Source: Bdellovibrionales bacterium (GTDB taxonomy: Bacteria; Bdellovibrionota; Bdellovibrionia; Bdellovibrionales; UBA1609). From it: a stretch of 64,000 bases of DNA. The stretch lies in NCBI GenBank assembly GCA_050249195.1, contig JBFWQY010000026.1, positions 6,018 to 70,017 of the forward strand, written 5' to 3'. The notes beneath the pieces are model-generated. The model made no database searches, was not told where the DNA came from, and was given only the letters and a program-made list of their open reading frames with translations. Positions 1-8,361 of the stretch are shown here, piece by piece. Each line of letters opens with the position of its first letter. Positions within the stretch are counted from its first letter, which is position 1. The position numbers were made by a program, and so were the translations under genes.

Positions 1-1
1 G

Positions 2-244
2 GTTCGACTGGCATGGGGGGAGAAGCCTCCCACCGCGTATCACGCCAAGTTCGGTTGGCTCGATACGGCTGATATTTCCTTGTTTTGCAAGTTAAAAGCC
101 CGTATTCATGCAACCTACGGACAGGACGCATGGGAGAGCTTCCGCGAACGGATGATGCGCGATTTGCCTGGCGCGAAGGATCTCCCTCGCAATCAGGTTT
201 GGGAAATGTCTCTCCTATCTGAGAACTGTCAGCGTTACCCCTAA
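2..244 (+). CDS. 3' end of a hypothetical protein truncated by the window edge
   Basis: Open frame from nt 2 (VRLAWGEKPPTAYHAKFGWLD...LLSENCQRYP) ending TAA at 242-244, 14 nt before the next ATG. Confidence 0.6.
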   Translation, partial: VRLAWGEKPPTAYHAKFGWLDTADISLFCKLKARIHATYGQDAWESFRERMMRDLPGAKDLPRNQVWEMSLLSENCQRYP

Positions 245-258
245 ACAGGGATCGGTCT

Positions 259-693
259 ATGAGCGGGCGCGACCTCAAGTTTTTTCTGGCTCTCCAGATT
301 TTTGCTGTGATCTGGGCGGGGATGGTGTTTTCCCTAATCGAGGCTCGGGTTTGGGCTGGAGCTTTGGCCGGAGGTTACTTTCTAGGGGCTGGACTCTTCA
401 TGCTCGCACGGATCTGGAAATGGCCGAGAAAGTGGAAATCTCTCACGCTTTATCCGCTCTTCCTTCATGTCTTCTTGATTTCCATTCCGCTGCTGGTTTC
501 GCGGTTTCTTCAGATCGGCAAAGATTTTGAAGCCGTTCAGGTTCTCGGTCTCGAGGGACCAGTCTTTCACCGCCTCTCAACCATGGTCTTTTCGGCGCTG
601 ATCGCCGCCACTCTTTTGGATCTGGTCCGGGTGTGGAGAGGGGCACAGTCCTTGAAGTCCAAACCTGTGCAGCCCATGCGCGAAATCCGATGA
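259..693 (+). CDS. Hypothetical integral membrane protein (about 4 TM)
   Basis: 144 aa with four hydrophobic stretches; no family recognised. Confidence 0.7.
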   Translation: MSGRDLKFFLALQIFAVIWAGMVFSLIEARVWAGALAGGYFLGAGLFMLARIWKWPRKWKSLTLYPLFLHVFLISIPLLVSRFLQIGKDFEAVQVLGLEGPVFHRLSTMVFSALIAATLLDLVRVWRGAQSLKSKPVQPMREIR

Positions 694-694
694 C

Positions 695-785
695 CGGCTC
701 CGCAGCATCCCCTGGCTGGGGATGCGAAATCCACCGCCGAGCCGTGCTGTAGATTCACGCAATGTGAAAATCTACAGCTTATCTT
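695..785. terminator. Two adjacent stem-loops between convergent genes (likely bidirectional terminator region)
   Basis: CGGCTC(695-700)/GAGCCG(739-744) enclosing GCATCCCC(705-712)/GGGGATGC(718-725); then GCTGTAGATT(746-755)/AATCTACAGC(769-778) followed by TTATCTT. Confidence 0.5.
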
Positions 786-814
786 CATCTGACTGGCAAT
801 CAACGGGTCAATTA

Positions 815-1225
815 TTAATCAATTGAAAAGGGCTTAGGGGAGACTGTTTCTGGGCGCTCAAATGTATCATAGGCGCCTGTCCCGTTTGGCAGGAGAGCAA
901 GGCTGCGAGCTTTGCGAATGGCCGCGGCCACATGTTTTTGTTGGCTGGAGCTGAGCTTACTGATGCGAGACGGCACGATCTTTCCGCCTTCCATAATAAA
1001 GCGGCCCAGAGTGACGGGATCTTTGTAATCAAACTCAAAATCGGCGGGGTAATCCGGACGGAATTTGGAGCGATAGTTTTTTCTCATCCCCTTTTCATCG
1101 CGGCCGCCTTCCTCTTGTGAATTGCGGTCCATACCACGATCACCTCGGTCACCTCGGTCGCCACCGCGATCGCGAAATTTTGAGTTATTATCGGATGAGC
1201 CCCTGTCGGAAGAGTTTCTGTCCAT
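815..1225 (-). CDS. rpsR: 30S ribosomal protein S18 with low-complexity N-terminal extension
   Basis: FDYKDPVTLGRFIMEGGKIVPSRISKLSSSQQKHVAAAIRKARSLALLP is the S18 core; N-terminus has DRG repeats. Confidence 0.93.
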   Translation of the reverse strand: MDRNSSDRGSSDNNSKFRDRGGDRGDRGDRGMDRNSQEEGGRDEKGMRKNYRSKFRPDYPADFEFDYKDPVTLGRFIMEGGKIVPSRISKLSSSQQKHVAAAIRKARSLALLPNGTGAYDTFERPETVSPKPFSID

Positions 1226-1343
1226 TGCTTTTCACCTTTTCACTGTAGAGTCCGGTACATATAGTATGATTTTAAGTTGCCAACAAGAGGCTTTTTCCTC
1301 TATAGATCCCTTTTGCCCTATTCCAGTAGTACTCGGAGTCCAT

Positions 1344-1652
1344 ATGCCTCGTTGTGAATTAACAGGGAAAGTCCCTCAGGTTAAGAATTTGGTGAGCCAT
1401 TCAAACATCAAGACGAAATCTGTGGCCATTCCAAATGTTCAGCAAAAACGTATATATAGCAACGTCCTAGGAACTATGCTGAGCTTTAAGCTCGCGGCCT
1501 CCACAATCCGCTCCATTGATCACGTGGGTAGCCTGGACAAGTTTCTTTTAAATCAGCCTGATGAGTGCCTTTCCAAGCGGGCTCTGACCGTAAAGAATCG
1601 CATGCGGCGTAAGCTGCGCGGTCGGACGGCGCAACGGAGAAAGGCGGAGTAA
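1344..1652 (+). CDS. rpmB: 50S ribosomal protein L28
   Basis: MPRCELTGK...NLVSHSNIKTK...PNVQQKRIYS L28 signature; GGAG SD before ATG 1344 (track start 1122 is over-extended). Confidence 0.93.
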   Translation: MPRCELTGKVPQVKNLVSHSNIKTKSVAIPNVQQKRIYSNVLGTMLSFKLAASTIRSIDHVGSLDKFLLNQPDECLSKRALTVKNRMRRKLRGRTAQRRKAE

Positions 1653-1656
1653 ATTT

Positions 1657-1941
1657 ATGGCGATGAAGATGAAGTTAAAGATCAGAAAAGGGGCCACCGT
1701 TCAGGTGATTTCGGGTTCGGAAAAAGGCAAAAAAGGAACTGTCCTGGAAGTGAATCCGTCCCGTATGGGGGCGCGGGTGCAGGGGCTTCGGATGCAGACC
1801 CATTTCAGCAAGCAGGATGGGGTTCAACAGAAAGAGGGCTATATCCACTATTCAAATCTGAAGCTTGTGGAAGGTCCAGCCGCAAAGGCCTCGGCCAAAT
1901 CCAAATCAAAGTCCGGGTCGAGTCGTAAGGGAGTCGGTTAA
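1657..1941 (+). CDS. rplX: 50S ribosomal protein L24
   Basis: KOW motif KIRKGATVQVISGSEKGKKGTVLEV and C-terminal EGYIHYSNLKLV. Confidence 0.9.
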   Translation: MAMKMKLKIRKGATVQVISGSEKGKKGTVLEVNPSRMGARVQGLRMQTHFSKQDGVQQKEGYIHYSNLKLVEGPAAKASAKSKSKSGSSRKGVG

Positions 1942-1971
1942 AAACGGATTCTGCCCCTGGCGCAGGTCTGT

Positions 1972-2000
1972 TTGTATGGGCAAAGACTTCGTGTTAGAGT
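1972..2000 (+). promoter_or_regulatory. sigma70-like promoter with extended -10
   Basis: TTGTAT-17 nt-TAGAGT with TG at the extended -10 position; ATG 8 nt downstream. Confidence 0.45.
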
Positions 2001-2008
2001 CTTAGCTG

Positions 2009-2359
2009 ATGCACAGATACAACAACTTTGTTTACGGGCCTGCATTGTTTGTCCTTATCAGCTTCGGTGGAATCTTACCAGCAGGACTGGCATTTGCGGA
2101 TCCTGCCGGTGAAAGCACAAATAAGGCCTACTGGCTTTGCAAGTCGCGTCGCGATGTCCGTACCATTCGGGTGCATGTCGATAAAGAAGGGACCTGCAAA
2201 ACCATCTACTCCAAAGGGGGAGCTCAGAAGGTTGTGGGGTCCGGAAAAAATCTGCAGAGTTGCATGGGATTTCTTGAAAACGTGAAAGGAAATCTTGAGA
2301 AATCGAATTGGAGCTGCCGCGATATCAGCTCCACTCAAATCACCGACGTCGTGGAGTGA
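2009..2359 (+). CDS. Hypothetical secreted Cys-containing protein
   Basis: Signal-peptide-like N-terminus ending AFA; four Cys in the mature part. Confidence 0.75.
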   Translation: MHRYNNFVYGPALFVLISFGGILPAGLAFADPAGESTNKAYWLCKSRRDVRTIRVHVDKEGTCKTIYSKGGAQKVVGSGKNLQSCMGFLENVKGNLEKSNWSCRDISSTQITDVVE

Positions 2360-2364
2360 CGTTC

Positions 2365-3183
2365 ATGTCCCAAGCATTCCGTTTGGCGGTGGCTCAGATC
2401 ACGTCCACGGATAAGGTCGATGACAATCTTAGGATCGTAGAAAGCCTATTTAGTTCGGCAAGTGAGCGAGGCGCCGATTTGACCGTCTTTCCGGAAAACA
2501 CATTGTATTTTCGCTTACAGACAGGTGAACCCCTAAAGGCCGTGAAGCTCCAGGGGCCAGAGATTCGCCAGCTCGAAAACGTAGTGCGATTCCGCGGGAC
2601 GCATTTGATGCTGACGACGGCAGTGGTTCATGAGGACTCGGGCCGCGTCCGGAATTCCACATTATGGTTGGCGCCCGGTGAGAACGCGCGAGAGGTTTAC
2701 AGCAAAATTCACCTTTTCGATGTCGACGTGGAGGGAGCCCCTGCTGTTCGTGAATCCGAGCATTTTCTAGGCGGCGAAACGCCGGCCGAGGTGGTGATTG
2801 AGGGCTGGAAGTTCGGCTTAAGTATTTGTTACGATCTGCGATTCGCTGAACTCTATGGTCGATATGCCCAAAATGTGGATGTCATCCTTGTGCCATCGGC
2901 ATTTTTGGTTCCCACCGGGGCGGCTCACTGGCATGTGCTTTTGCGCGCTCGGGCTATCGAGAACCAGTGCTATGTAGCGGCTCCCGCGCAATCCGGCGAG
3001 CATCTCTCCGGGACGGGAGCCATACGCAAAACCTACGGACACAGTTTGGTCGTGGATCCTTGGGGCACCGTCCAGACGGAACTTACGAAAAGCCCCGAGG
3101 TGACTCTAATTGAACTCTCCAGGGAGCCGATCGAGCGCGCGCGCCGGCAGATTCCAATGGCTTCTCACCGACGCCTGGTTTAG
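2365..3183 (+). CDS. Carbon-nitrogen hydrolase family protein (Nit1 / deaminated glutathione amidase-like)
   Basis: FPE, YSKIHLFD, GLSICYDLRF, LLRARAIENQCYV, YGHSLVVDPWG motifs; start at MSQAFRL. Confidence 0.9.
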   Translation: MSQAFRLAVAQITSTDKVDDNLRIVESLFSSASERGADLTVFPENTLYFRLQTGEPLKAVKLQGPEIRQLENVVRFRGTHLMLTTAVVHEDSGRVRNSTLWLAPGENAREVYSKIHLFDVDVEGAPAVRESEHFLGGETPAEVVIEGWKFGLSICYDLRFAELYGRYAQNVDVILVPSAFLVPTGAAHWHVLLRARAIENQCYVAAPAQSGEHLSGTGAIRKTYGHSLVVDPWGTVQTELTKSPEVTLIELSREPIERARRQIPMASHRRLV

Positions 3184-3309
3184 AAAATACCTTGGGGGTT
3201 TTCCTCATATTGACATCTCGCTAATTTGTTGAGGTTAAGTTGAGGCGAGGCGCGACGACGGCGGACTGTCCAGAGGCAATGAGGAAAGGCCCTAGAAAAG
3301 AGAGAATAA

Positions 3310-3675
3310 ATGATGGCTTTGGGGAAAAAGATTCTGTGGATCGGATTGCTAGGCCTGGCGGGATCACTGAGCTGGGCGCAAGAGGGGGCGCTTGGTGGCG
3401 AGTCCGCGACATTCGAGGGTCATCCCGCAGTGATGGAAGGGGATTCCGCGTCAGCTGAGGTCGATCCTGCGGCGGTTGAGCGCGATCCGGCCGCGGCCCT
3501 TCCAAAGAAGGAACGGAATTATCCGGGCGGGAGTGAGGAGGAGGACTTGCGGGTTTCGCCGACTTTGCCTGAGGCTCCCATTAAGACAGACGCAAGGACG
3601 GTCCAGCGCGATGTCTATCGAGCTCTTTACAAAGAAGAACTTAAGAACGACCATGATGACGCTGCGGATGAGTGA
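3310..3675 (+). CDS. Hypothetical secreted acidic protein
   Basis: Signal peptide (KKILWIGLLGLAGSLSWA) followed by an acidic low-complexity region. Confidence 0.7.
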   Translation: MMALGKKILWIGLLGLAGSLSWAQEGALGGESATFEGHPAVMEGDSASAEVDPAAVERDPAAALPKKERNYPGGSEEEDLRVSPTLPEAPIKTDARTVQRDVYRALYKEELKNDHDDAADE

Positions 3676-4808
3676 TGCCGAGGTTCCTAGCTCTCACGTC
3701 ACGTGGATTGCTTGAGCCCTTAGCGGAAGAATTCCAAGAGCTCGGAATCAAGCGCCCGCGCGTGCGCCCCGACGGGGTGGAATTTGAGTCCTCCTGGGCG
3801 GATCTCTACCGTGTTCATCTCCACTCGCAGATTGCGTCCCGTGTTCTTCTCCCTGTAGCCGAGTTTCAGGCTTACAATGAGGAGGATCTCTATTACGGTG
3901 TTCTTCGTAAGCACGATTTCACCTTCTATATCGCCCCAAGCCAGACCTTGCGGGTTGAGGCTCATACGCGCGACCATCACAAACTCAAAGACCAGCGCTT
4001 CGTGGCCATGAGGGTGAAAGATGCGCTCGTGGATCAATTCCGAAATAAGGGCGGAGAGCGCCCCGATGTGGGAGACGAGGCTACGGCGGATCTGCGCGTT
4101 GTCGTCAAGATTGTCGGCGCTAAGGTGGCTGTGGCGGTGGATCTGACGGGACAGCCCCTGTCCAACCGTGGCTACCGACGGAATGTCGGAGTCGCGCCTC
4201 TGCGGGAAAATGTGGCGGCGGGACTGGTGCGCTTGGCGCAGTGGAAAGCGCCGCGCCCACTGGTGGATCCCTTTTGTGGCGCGGGGACGATTCTTATTGA
4301 AGCCGCGCTATCAACGGTGGGACGTGCCAGCATGAAGCAAGGGCGGGGTTATGCCTTCACCCGTTTGCGGAATTTCCAACCTGATGTCTGGTCGGAAGTG
4401 GGCAAAGGCTTGACCCGAAAGGCCGCTCCCTCGAAACCCTTTTTGTTTGGATTTGATAAAGACGGGGCCATGGTAGAGAAGGCAATTGCGAACGCACGAG
4501 CGGCCGGCGTGGAAAATTGGATTCGATTTCAGCAGAAGGATATGAAAGATCTCGTGCCTCCCTCGGGTGAGCCGGGAGTGATCATCACCAATCCGCCGTA
4601 TGGGGAGCGCATGGAAACAACTCCGGAGGTCCAACGGCTCATGGCGGATTTTGCGCACACATTGAAAACAGGCTTCGTGGGATGGGACGCCTGGATTCTC
4701 AGCGGCGACCCGGAAGCCAGCGCGGCGCTACGCTTGAAATCTGCGCGCAAGATTCCCGTGTGGAATGGCCCCATCGAGTGCCGATTCCTCCACTATCCTT
4801 TAAGGTGA
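3672..4808 (+). CDS. rlmL: THUMP-domain RNA methyltransferase (RlmL-like, 23S m2G2445)
   Basis: THUMP region, LSNRGYR, APLRENVAAGLV, DPFCGAGTILIEAA, NPPYGER. Confidence 0.85.
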   Translation: MMPRFLALTSRGLLEPLAEEFQELGIKRPRVRPDGVEFESSWADLYRVHLHSQIASRVLLPVAEFQAYNEEDLYYGVLRKHDFTFYIAPSQTLRVEAHTRDHHKLKDQRFVAMRVKDALVDQFRNKGGERPDVGDEATADLRVVVKIVGAKVAVAVDLTGQPLSNRGYRRNVGVAPLRENVAAGLVRLAQWKAPRPLVDPFCGAGTILIEAALSTVGRASMKQGRGYAFTRLRNFQPDVWSEVGKGLTRKAAPSKPFLFGFDKDGAMVEKAIANARAAGVENWIRFQQKDMKDLVPPSGEPGVIITNPPYGERMETTPEVQRLMADFAHTLKTGFVGWDAWILSGDPEASAALRLKSARKIPVWNGPIECRFLHYPLR

Positions 4809-6337
4809 GACAGGTCCAAGCGCGGAAACAGGGGATCGCCTTTCCGTATCGGGGCGTTTTCTCTGAGGACCGGCCATTTTTCGAGATCCTCCCAATTGAG
4901 GCTCTCGATCCCGATCCGCTTCAGCAGTTCCTCGGTCTTGCCCGGCATAACTGGGGAAAGAAGGGTGCCCGCGACGCGGATCACTTCGAGGGTGGTGGCG
5001 AGGACGTGTCCCGCTCCCGGCAGGTCCTCCTTGGCCATTTTCCATGGAGCCTTCTCTTCGAGGTAGCGATTGGCGAGAGATAACACTTGCACAATGTGCT
5101 CAAGCGCGAAGCTCGGACGTAAGTCCTCGACTTCTTTTTTCACCAGCGCGGGGAGGCGCAAGGCCCGGGAGCGGAGTTCGCGACCGGATTCATCCTCCTC
5201 TCGCAGCGCGGGCTTTTGGCCACCGAAGAACTTTTCCACCAAATTGGTGGTGCGGCTGAGAAGATTGCCCAGATTGTTGGCCAGTTCACTGTTGACCCGC
5301 GACTCCACGAGATCCAGGCTGAAGGGGGCGTCATTACCAAGGTGAATGTCGCGCACGAGAAAATAGCGAAGTTCATCCAAGCCAAAGATGTCCCGGATGT
5401 CCACGGGAGCCACCACATCTCCTGCGGATTTGCTCATCTTCGCGTTATCCTTGTTCAGGATCCAGCCTGTGGCAAAGATCTGGCGCGGCAGAGGTAGGCC
5501 GAGAGCCATAAGCATTGTTGTCCAGTATACCGAGTGCGTGGTGAGAATATCCTTGCCGATGAGATGCAGGGCTCCCGCGTCCACCCACCATTTCTGGAAA
5601 TCGGCTTCACGTCCGGGCTGATAGAGACCCACGCCCGTGCAATAGTTCAAGAGCGCATCAAACCACACATAGGTCACATACTCACGATCGAAAGGGATTT
5701 CCACGCCCCAACTGAGGCGGGACTTCGGGCGGCTGATGCAGAGATCCGCCAGCGGTTGCCGCAGGAAACCTAAGACCTCATTCTTGCGAAAATCCGGCAA
5801 AATAAAGCGCGGGTGGTCTTCAATGTGACGAATCAACCGGTCCTGGTACTTGGACATACGAAAGAAATAGTTCTTTTCTTGAATCTTGGAGACGTCTTTT
5901 CCGGTCGGAGATTTACCGTCCACCAGCTCCTTTTCGGTATAAAAAATCTCCTCGGAGACGGAGTACCAACCTTCGTAAACGTCCGCGTAGATATCGCCCT
6001 TATCGTAAAGCGATTGCAAGCACCTCTGAACCACTTCCGCGTGGGTTTTTGAGGTCGTCCGAATGAAGTGAGTGTACTCGACATCAAGGGCCTTCCAGGT
6101 GTCCTGGAAGTTCCGCACCATTTCATCACAATGCTGCTGAGGCGAGATGCCTCGCTTTTCCGCGGCCTGCTGGACCTTCTGGCCATGTTCATCCGTACCG
6201 GTGAGAAAAAAGGTTTCTTCACCGAACAGCCTATGAAAGCGACTCAGGACATCGGCGGTAATCGTGCAGTACGCTGTCCCCAGGTGAGGCTTGTCATTCA
6301 CGTAGTAGATAGGAGTCGTGATATAAAAGGGCTTCAT
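4793..6337 (-). CDS. metG: Methionine--tRNA ligase (short monomeric form)
   Basis: YITTPIYYVNDKPHLGTAY (HIGH), TGTDEHGQK, YVWFDAL, KMSKS; no C-terminal tRNA-binding domain. Confidence 0.97.
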   Translation of the reverse strand: MKPFYITTPIYYVNDKPHLGTAYCTITADVLSRFHRLFGEETFFLTGTDEHGQKVQQAAEKRGISPQQHCDEMVRNFQDTWKALDVEYTHFIRTTSKTHAEVVQRCLQSLYDKGDIYADVYEGWYSVSEEIFYTEKELVDGKSPTGKDVSKIQEKNYFFRMSKYQDRLIRHIEDHPRFILPDFRKNEVLGFLRQPLADLCISRPKSRLSWGVEIPFDREYVTYVWFDALLNYCTGVGLYQPGREADFQKWWVDAGALHLIGKDILTTHSVYWTTMLMALGLPLPRQIFATGWILNKDNAKMSKSAGDVVAPVDIRDIFGLDELRYFLVRDIHLGNDAPFSLDLVESRVNSELANNLGNLLSRTTNLVEKFFGGQKPALREEDESGRELRSRALRLPALVKKEVEDLRPSFALEHIVQVLSLANRYLEEKAPWKMAKEDLPGAGHVLATTLEVIRVAGTLLSPVMPGKTEELLKRIGIESLNWEDLEKWPVLRENAPIRKGDPLFPRLDLSHLKG

Positions 6338-7416
6338 TCGGGGCTCTTTCCGTTGAGAGATTCATTTTCCAGTCCCAGGTGATCGAGAATCCTTCGGACC
6401 TGCTTGATCAGCTCGGGCAGGGATTTCAAGGCGGCGCGGGTCCGCAACGACGATTTCAGATCTTGAAGGGGAAAACCCGCGTATTCGCCCGGTTCAAGAA
6501 CGGATTTGGAGATACCGGATAAACCTCCGACCCGCACACGATCGCCGATCTGAAGATGCCCACTGATCGTGGTTCGACCTCCGAAAACACAATGGCTTCC
6601 GAGCGAGGTGGATCCGGCAACGATCACGCCGCCTGTGATCAGCGTGTTCCGGCCGATTTGGATGTTATGGCCGAAATGACAGTGATTATCGATCTTCGTG
6701 CCGGAGCCAATGCGGCTATCCTGAAATGTGCCACGAGCGATCTGCACGCCGCAGCCGATATGCACGTCATCTTCAATCACCACGCGCCCGTAGTGCGTGA
6801 GTCGATAATGATTAAATTGTTTGTCTTGAGCATAGCCAAACCCTTCGCTTCCGATGGACGTATGGGGCTGGATTTCACAACGGTTCCCGATCTCGCACGA
6901 ATGGCCGATGAAAACCAGCGGGTGTATATGGGTGTGACTGCCGATTTTGACGAACGGCTCAATCACTGCGTTTGCGCCGATGATGGAATGTTCCCCGATT
7001 GTACAGTGTTCGCCGATAACGGCGCCCGGTCCCACAATACAGTTTTCGCCCACCCGAGCGCTGGCCGCGATTTGGGAACTCGGGTGAATGCGTTCACCGT
7101 TGTGAATCATAAGATTTTGAGTTTGAGGAAAAAAGGTACGCGCGACCAAAGCCATGCACAGCTGGACATTTGGAGATGTGATCACCGCGGCCACTGAAGA
7201 CGGAACTTCATTCAAAATCTCTTCTGAAATAACCCACGCTTGAGCTTGCGAATCCCGAGCCTCCTGAAGATGTTGCCGAGAGGACACGAAAATAAGGCTC
7301 GTGGAGCTGGCGCCAGCTGCTGACTGCGGCCCGGTCACTTGCAGTTCGGCCGGTCCCCTTTTGAGGGTCATCAGATCAGGAAATTTTTCCACCATTTCAC
7401 GGATTTGCACGCTCAT
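6334..7416 (-). CDS. lpxD: UDP-3-O-(3-hydroxyacyl)glucosamine N-acyltransferase
   Basis: Hexapeptide repeats, IGSEGFGYA, GRVVIEDDVHIG, GTKIDNHCHFGHN; GAGG SD before ATG 7416. Confidence 0.93.
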   Translation of the reverse strand: MSVQIREMVEKFPDLMTLKRGPAELQVTGPQSAAGASSTSLIFVSSRQHLQEARDSQAQAWVISEEILNEVPSSVAAVITSPNVQLCMALVARTFFPQTQNLMIHNGERIHPSSQIAASARVGENCIVGPGAVIGEHCTIGEHSIIGANAVIEPFVKIGSHTHIHPLVFIGHSCEIGNRCEIQPHTSIGSEGFGYAQDKQFNHYRLTHYGRVVIEDDVHIGCGVQIARGTFQDSRIGSGTKIDNHCHFGHNIQIGRNTLITGGVIVAGSTSLGSHCVFGGRTTISGHLQIGDRVRVGGLSGISKSVLEPGEYAGFPLQDLKSSLRTRAALKSLPELIKQVRRILDHLGLENESLNGKSPE

Positions 7417-7575
7417 ACGGGGACCTCTATTCGATTGGAGTGGTCGGGTTCGATTTCGTTCCAATGTGGAAAAACCCAGTCATCGCTTGGCTTTGCATTC
7501 GTTCATGCCACTTTAGGACCTAGCCTTTCAAGGAATTTTGATGTAAACACATAGTTTTTGACATGGAGATTCTCA

Positions 7576-8088
7576 ATGGCACGAAAAACCAAGGCCGTGA
7601 CCGCGGTGTCGGGCGGGGTGAGTCAGGGTAAAAGCTCTCAGGTCAAAAAAGCCACAACCAAGACGCCGGTGACTAAGGGGCCGGTCGACAAGGGATCGCT
7701 TGCAGCCGCCAAAAAAAACTCACCCGCTAAGGCCGCTTTGGTTCGTCACAAAGCCGCGCTCAAGTCCGTGCGGGTTACGGTTCAGGGAACTGGTCCCTCG
7801 GCGGCGGACGTGGTGAAAGCCCCGGTGAAGACGCGTGCACGGAAGCTGACCGTGGAGATCAATCCTAACGAGGCGGCTACAGCTCTAGCGCAAAAATGGG
7901 TGTCGCTCTACCGCAAGTCCGAGCAGATTGAAGCCAAACCTTATAACATGAATTCAGTCTTTGAAGAGAAAACGGCCATTATGCATAAAATCCTGGGTTG
8001 GGGCTATATTTTGGCCAACCGCAACGATCGATTGGAAGTTTTGTTCAAAGATGGCATAAGGTACCTCATTTCGAATTATAAACCTTGA
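7576..8088 (+). CDS. Hypothetical protein: Lys/Ala-rich basic N-terminus plus small beta-rich (Tudor-like) C-terminal domain
   Basis: GGAG SD; C-terminus IMHKILGWGYILANRNDRLEVLFKDGIRYL. Confidence 0.75.
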   Translation: MARKTKAVTAVSGGVSQGKSSQVKKATTKTPVTKGPVDKGSLAAAKKNSPAKAALVRHKAALKSVRVTVQGTGPSAADVVKAPVKTRARKLTVEINPNEAATALAQKWVSLYRKSEQIEAKPYNMNSVFEEKTAIMHKILGWGYILANRNDRLEVLFKDGIRYLISNYKP

Positions 8089-8117
8089 GTAGTAGAAAGT
8101 AGGACAAGGCAAACTTT

Positions 8118-8336
8118 ATGGCCAAAGACGATCTCGCCCAACTTGAAGGACAAGTTGTGGATGCCGCCGCCGGCGGTATATACAAAGTGAAGCTTGAGAA
8201 CAATATGGAAATTGCGGCCAAGCTTTGCGGTAAGATGCGCCGGTTTAATATTCGTGTGGTCGTCGGCGACAGAGTAACGGTCGGAGTGTCTCCTTACGAT
8301 CCTACCCATGGCTTGATCATGTATCGACATAAATAA
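8118..8336 (+). CDS. infA: Translation initiation factor IF-1
   Basis: MAKDD..EGQV...KVKLEN...GKMRRFNIRVVVGDRVTVGVSPYDPTHGLIMYR. Confidence 0.97.
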   Translation: MAKDDLAQLEGQVVDAAAGGIYKVKLENNMEIAAKLCGKMRRFNIRVVVGDRVTVGVSPYDPTHGLIMYRHK

Positions 8337-8361
8337 TAACCTCTTTCCTCCTCTAAACACT

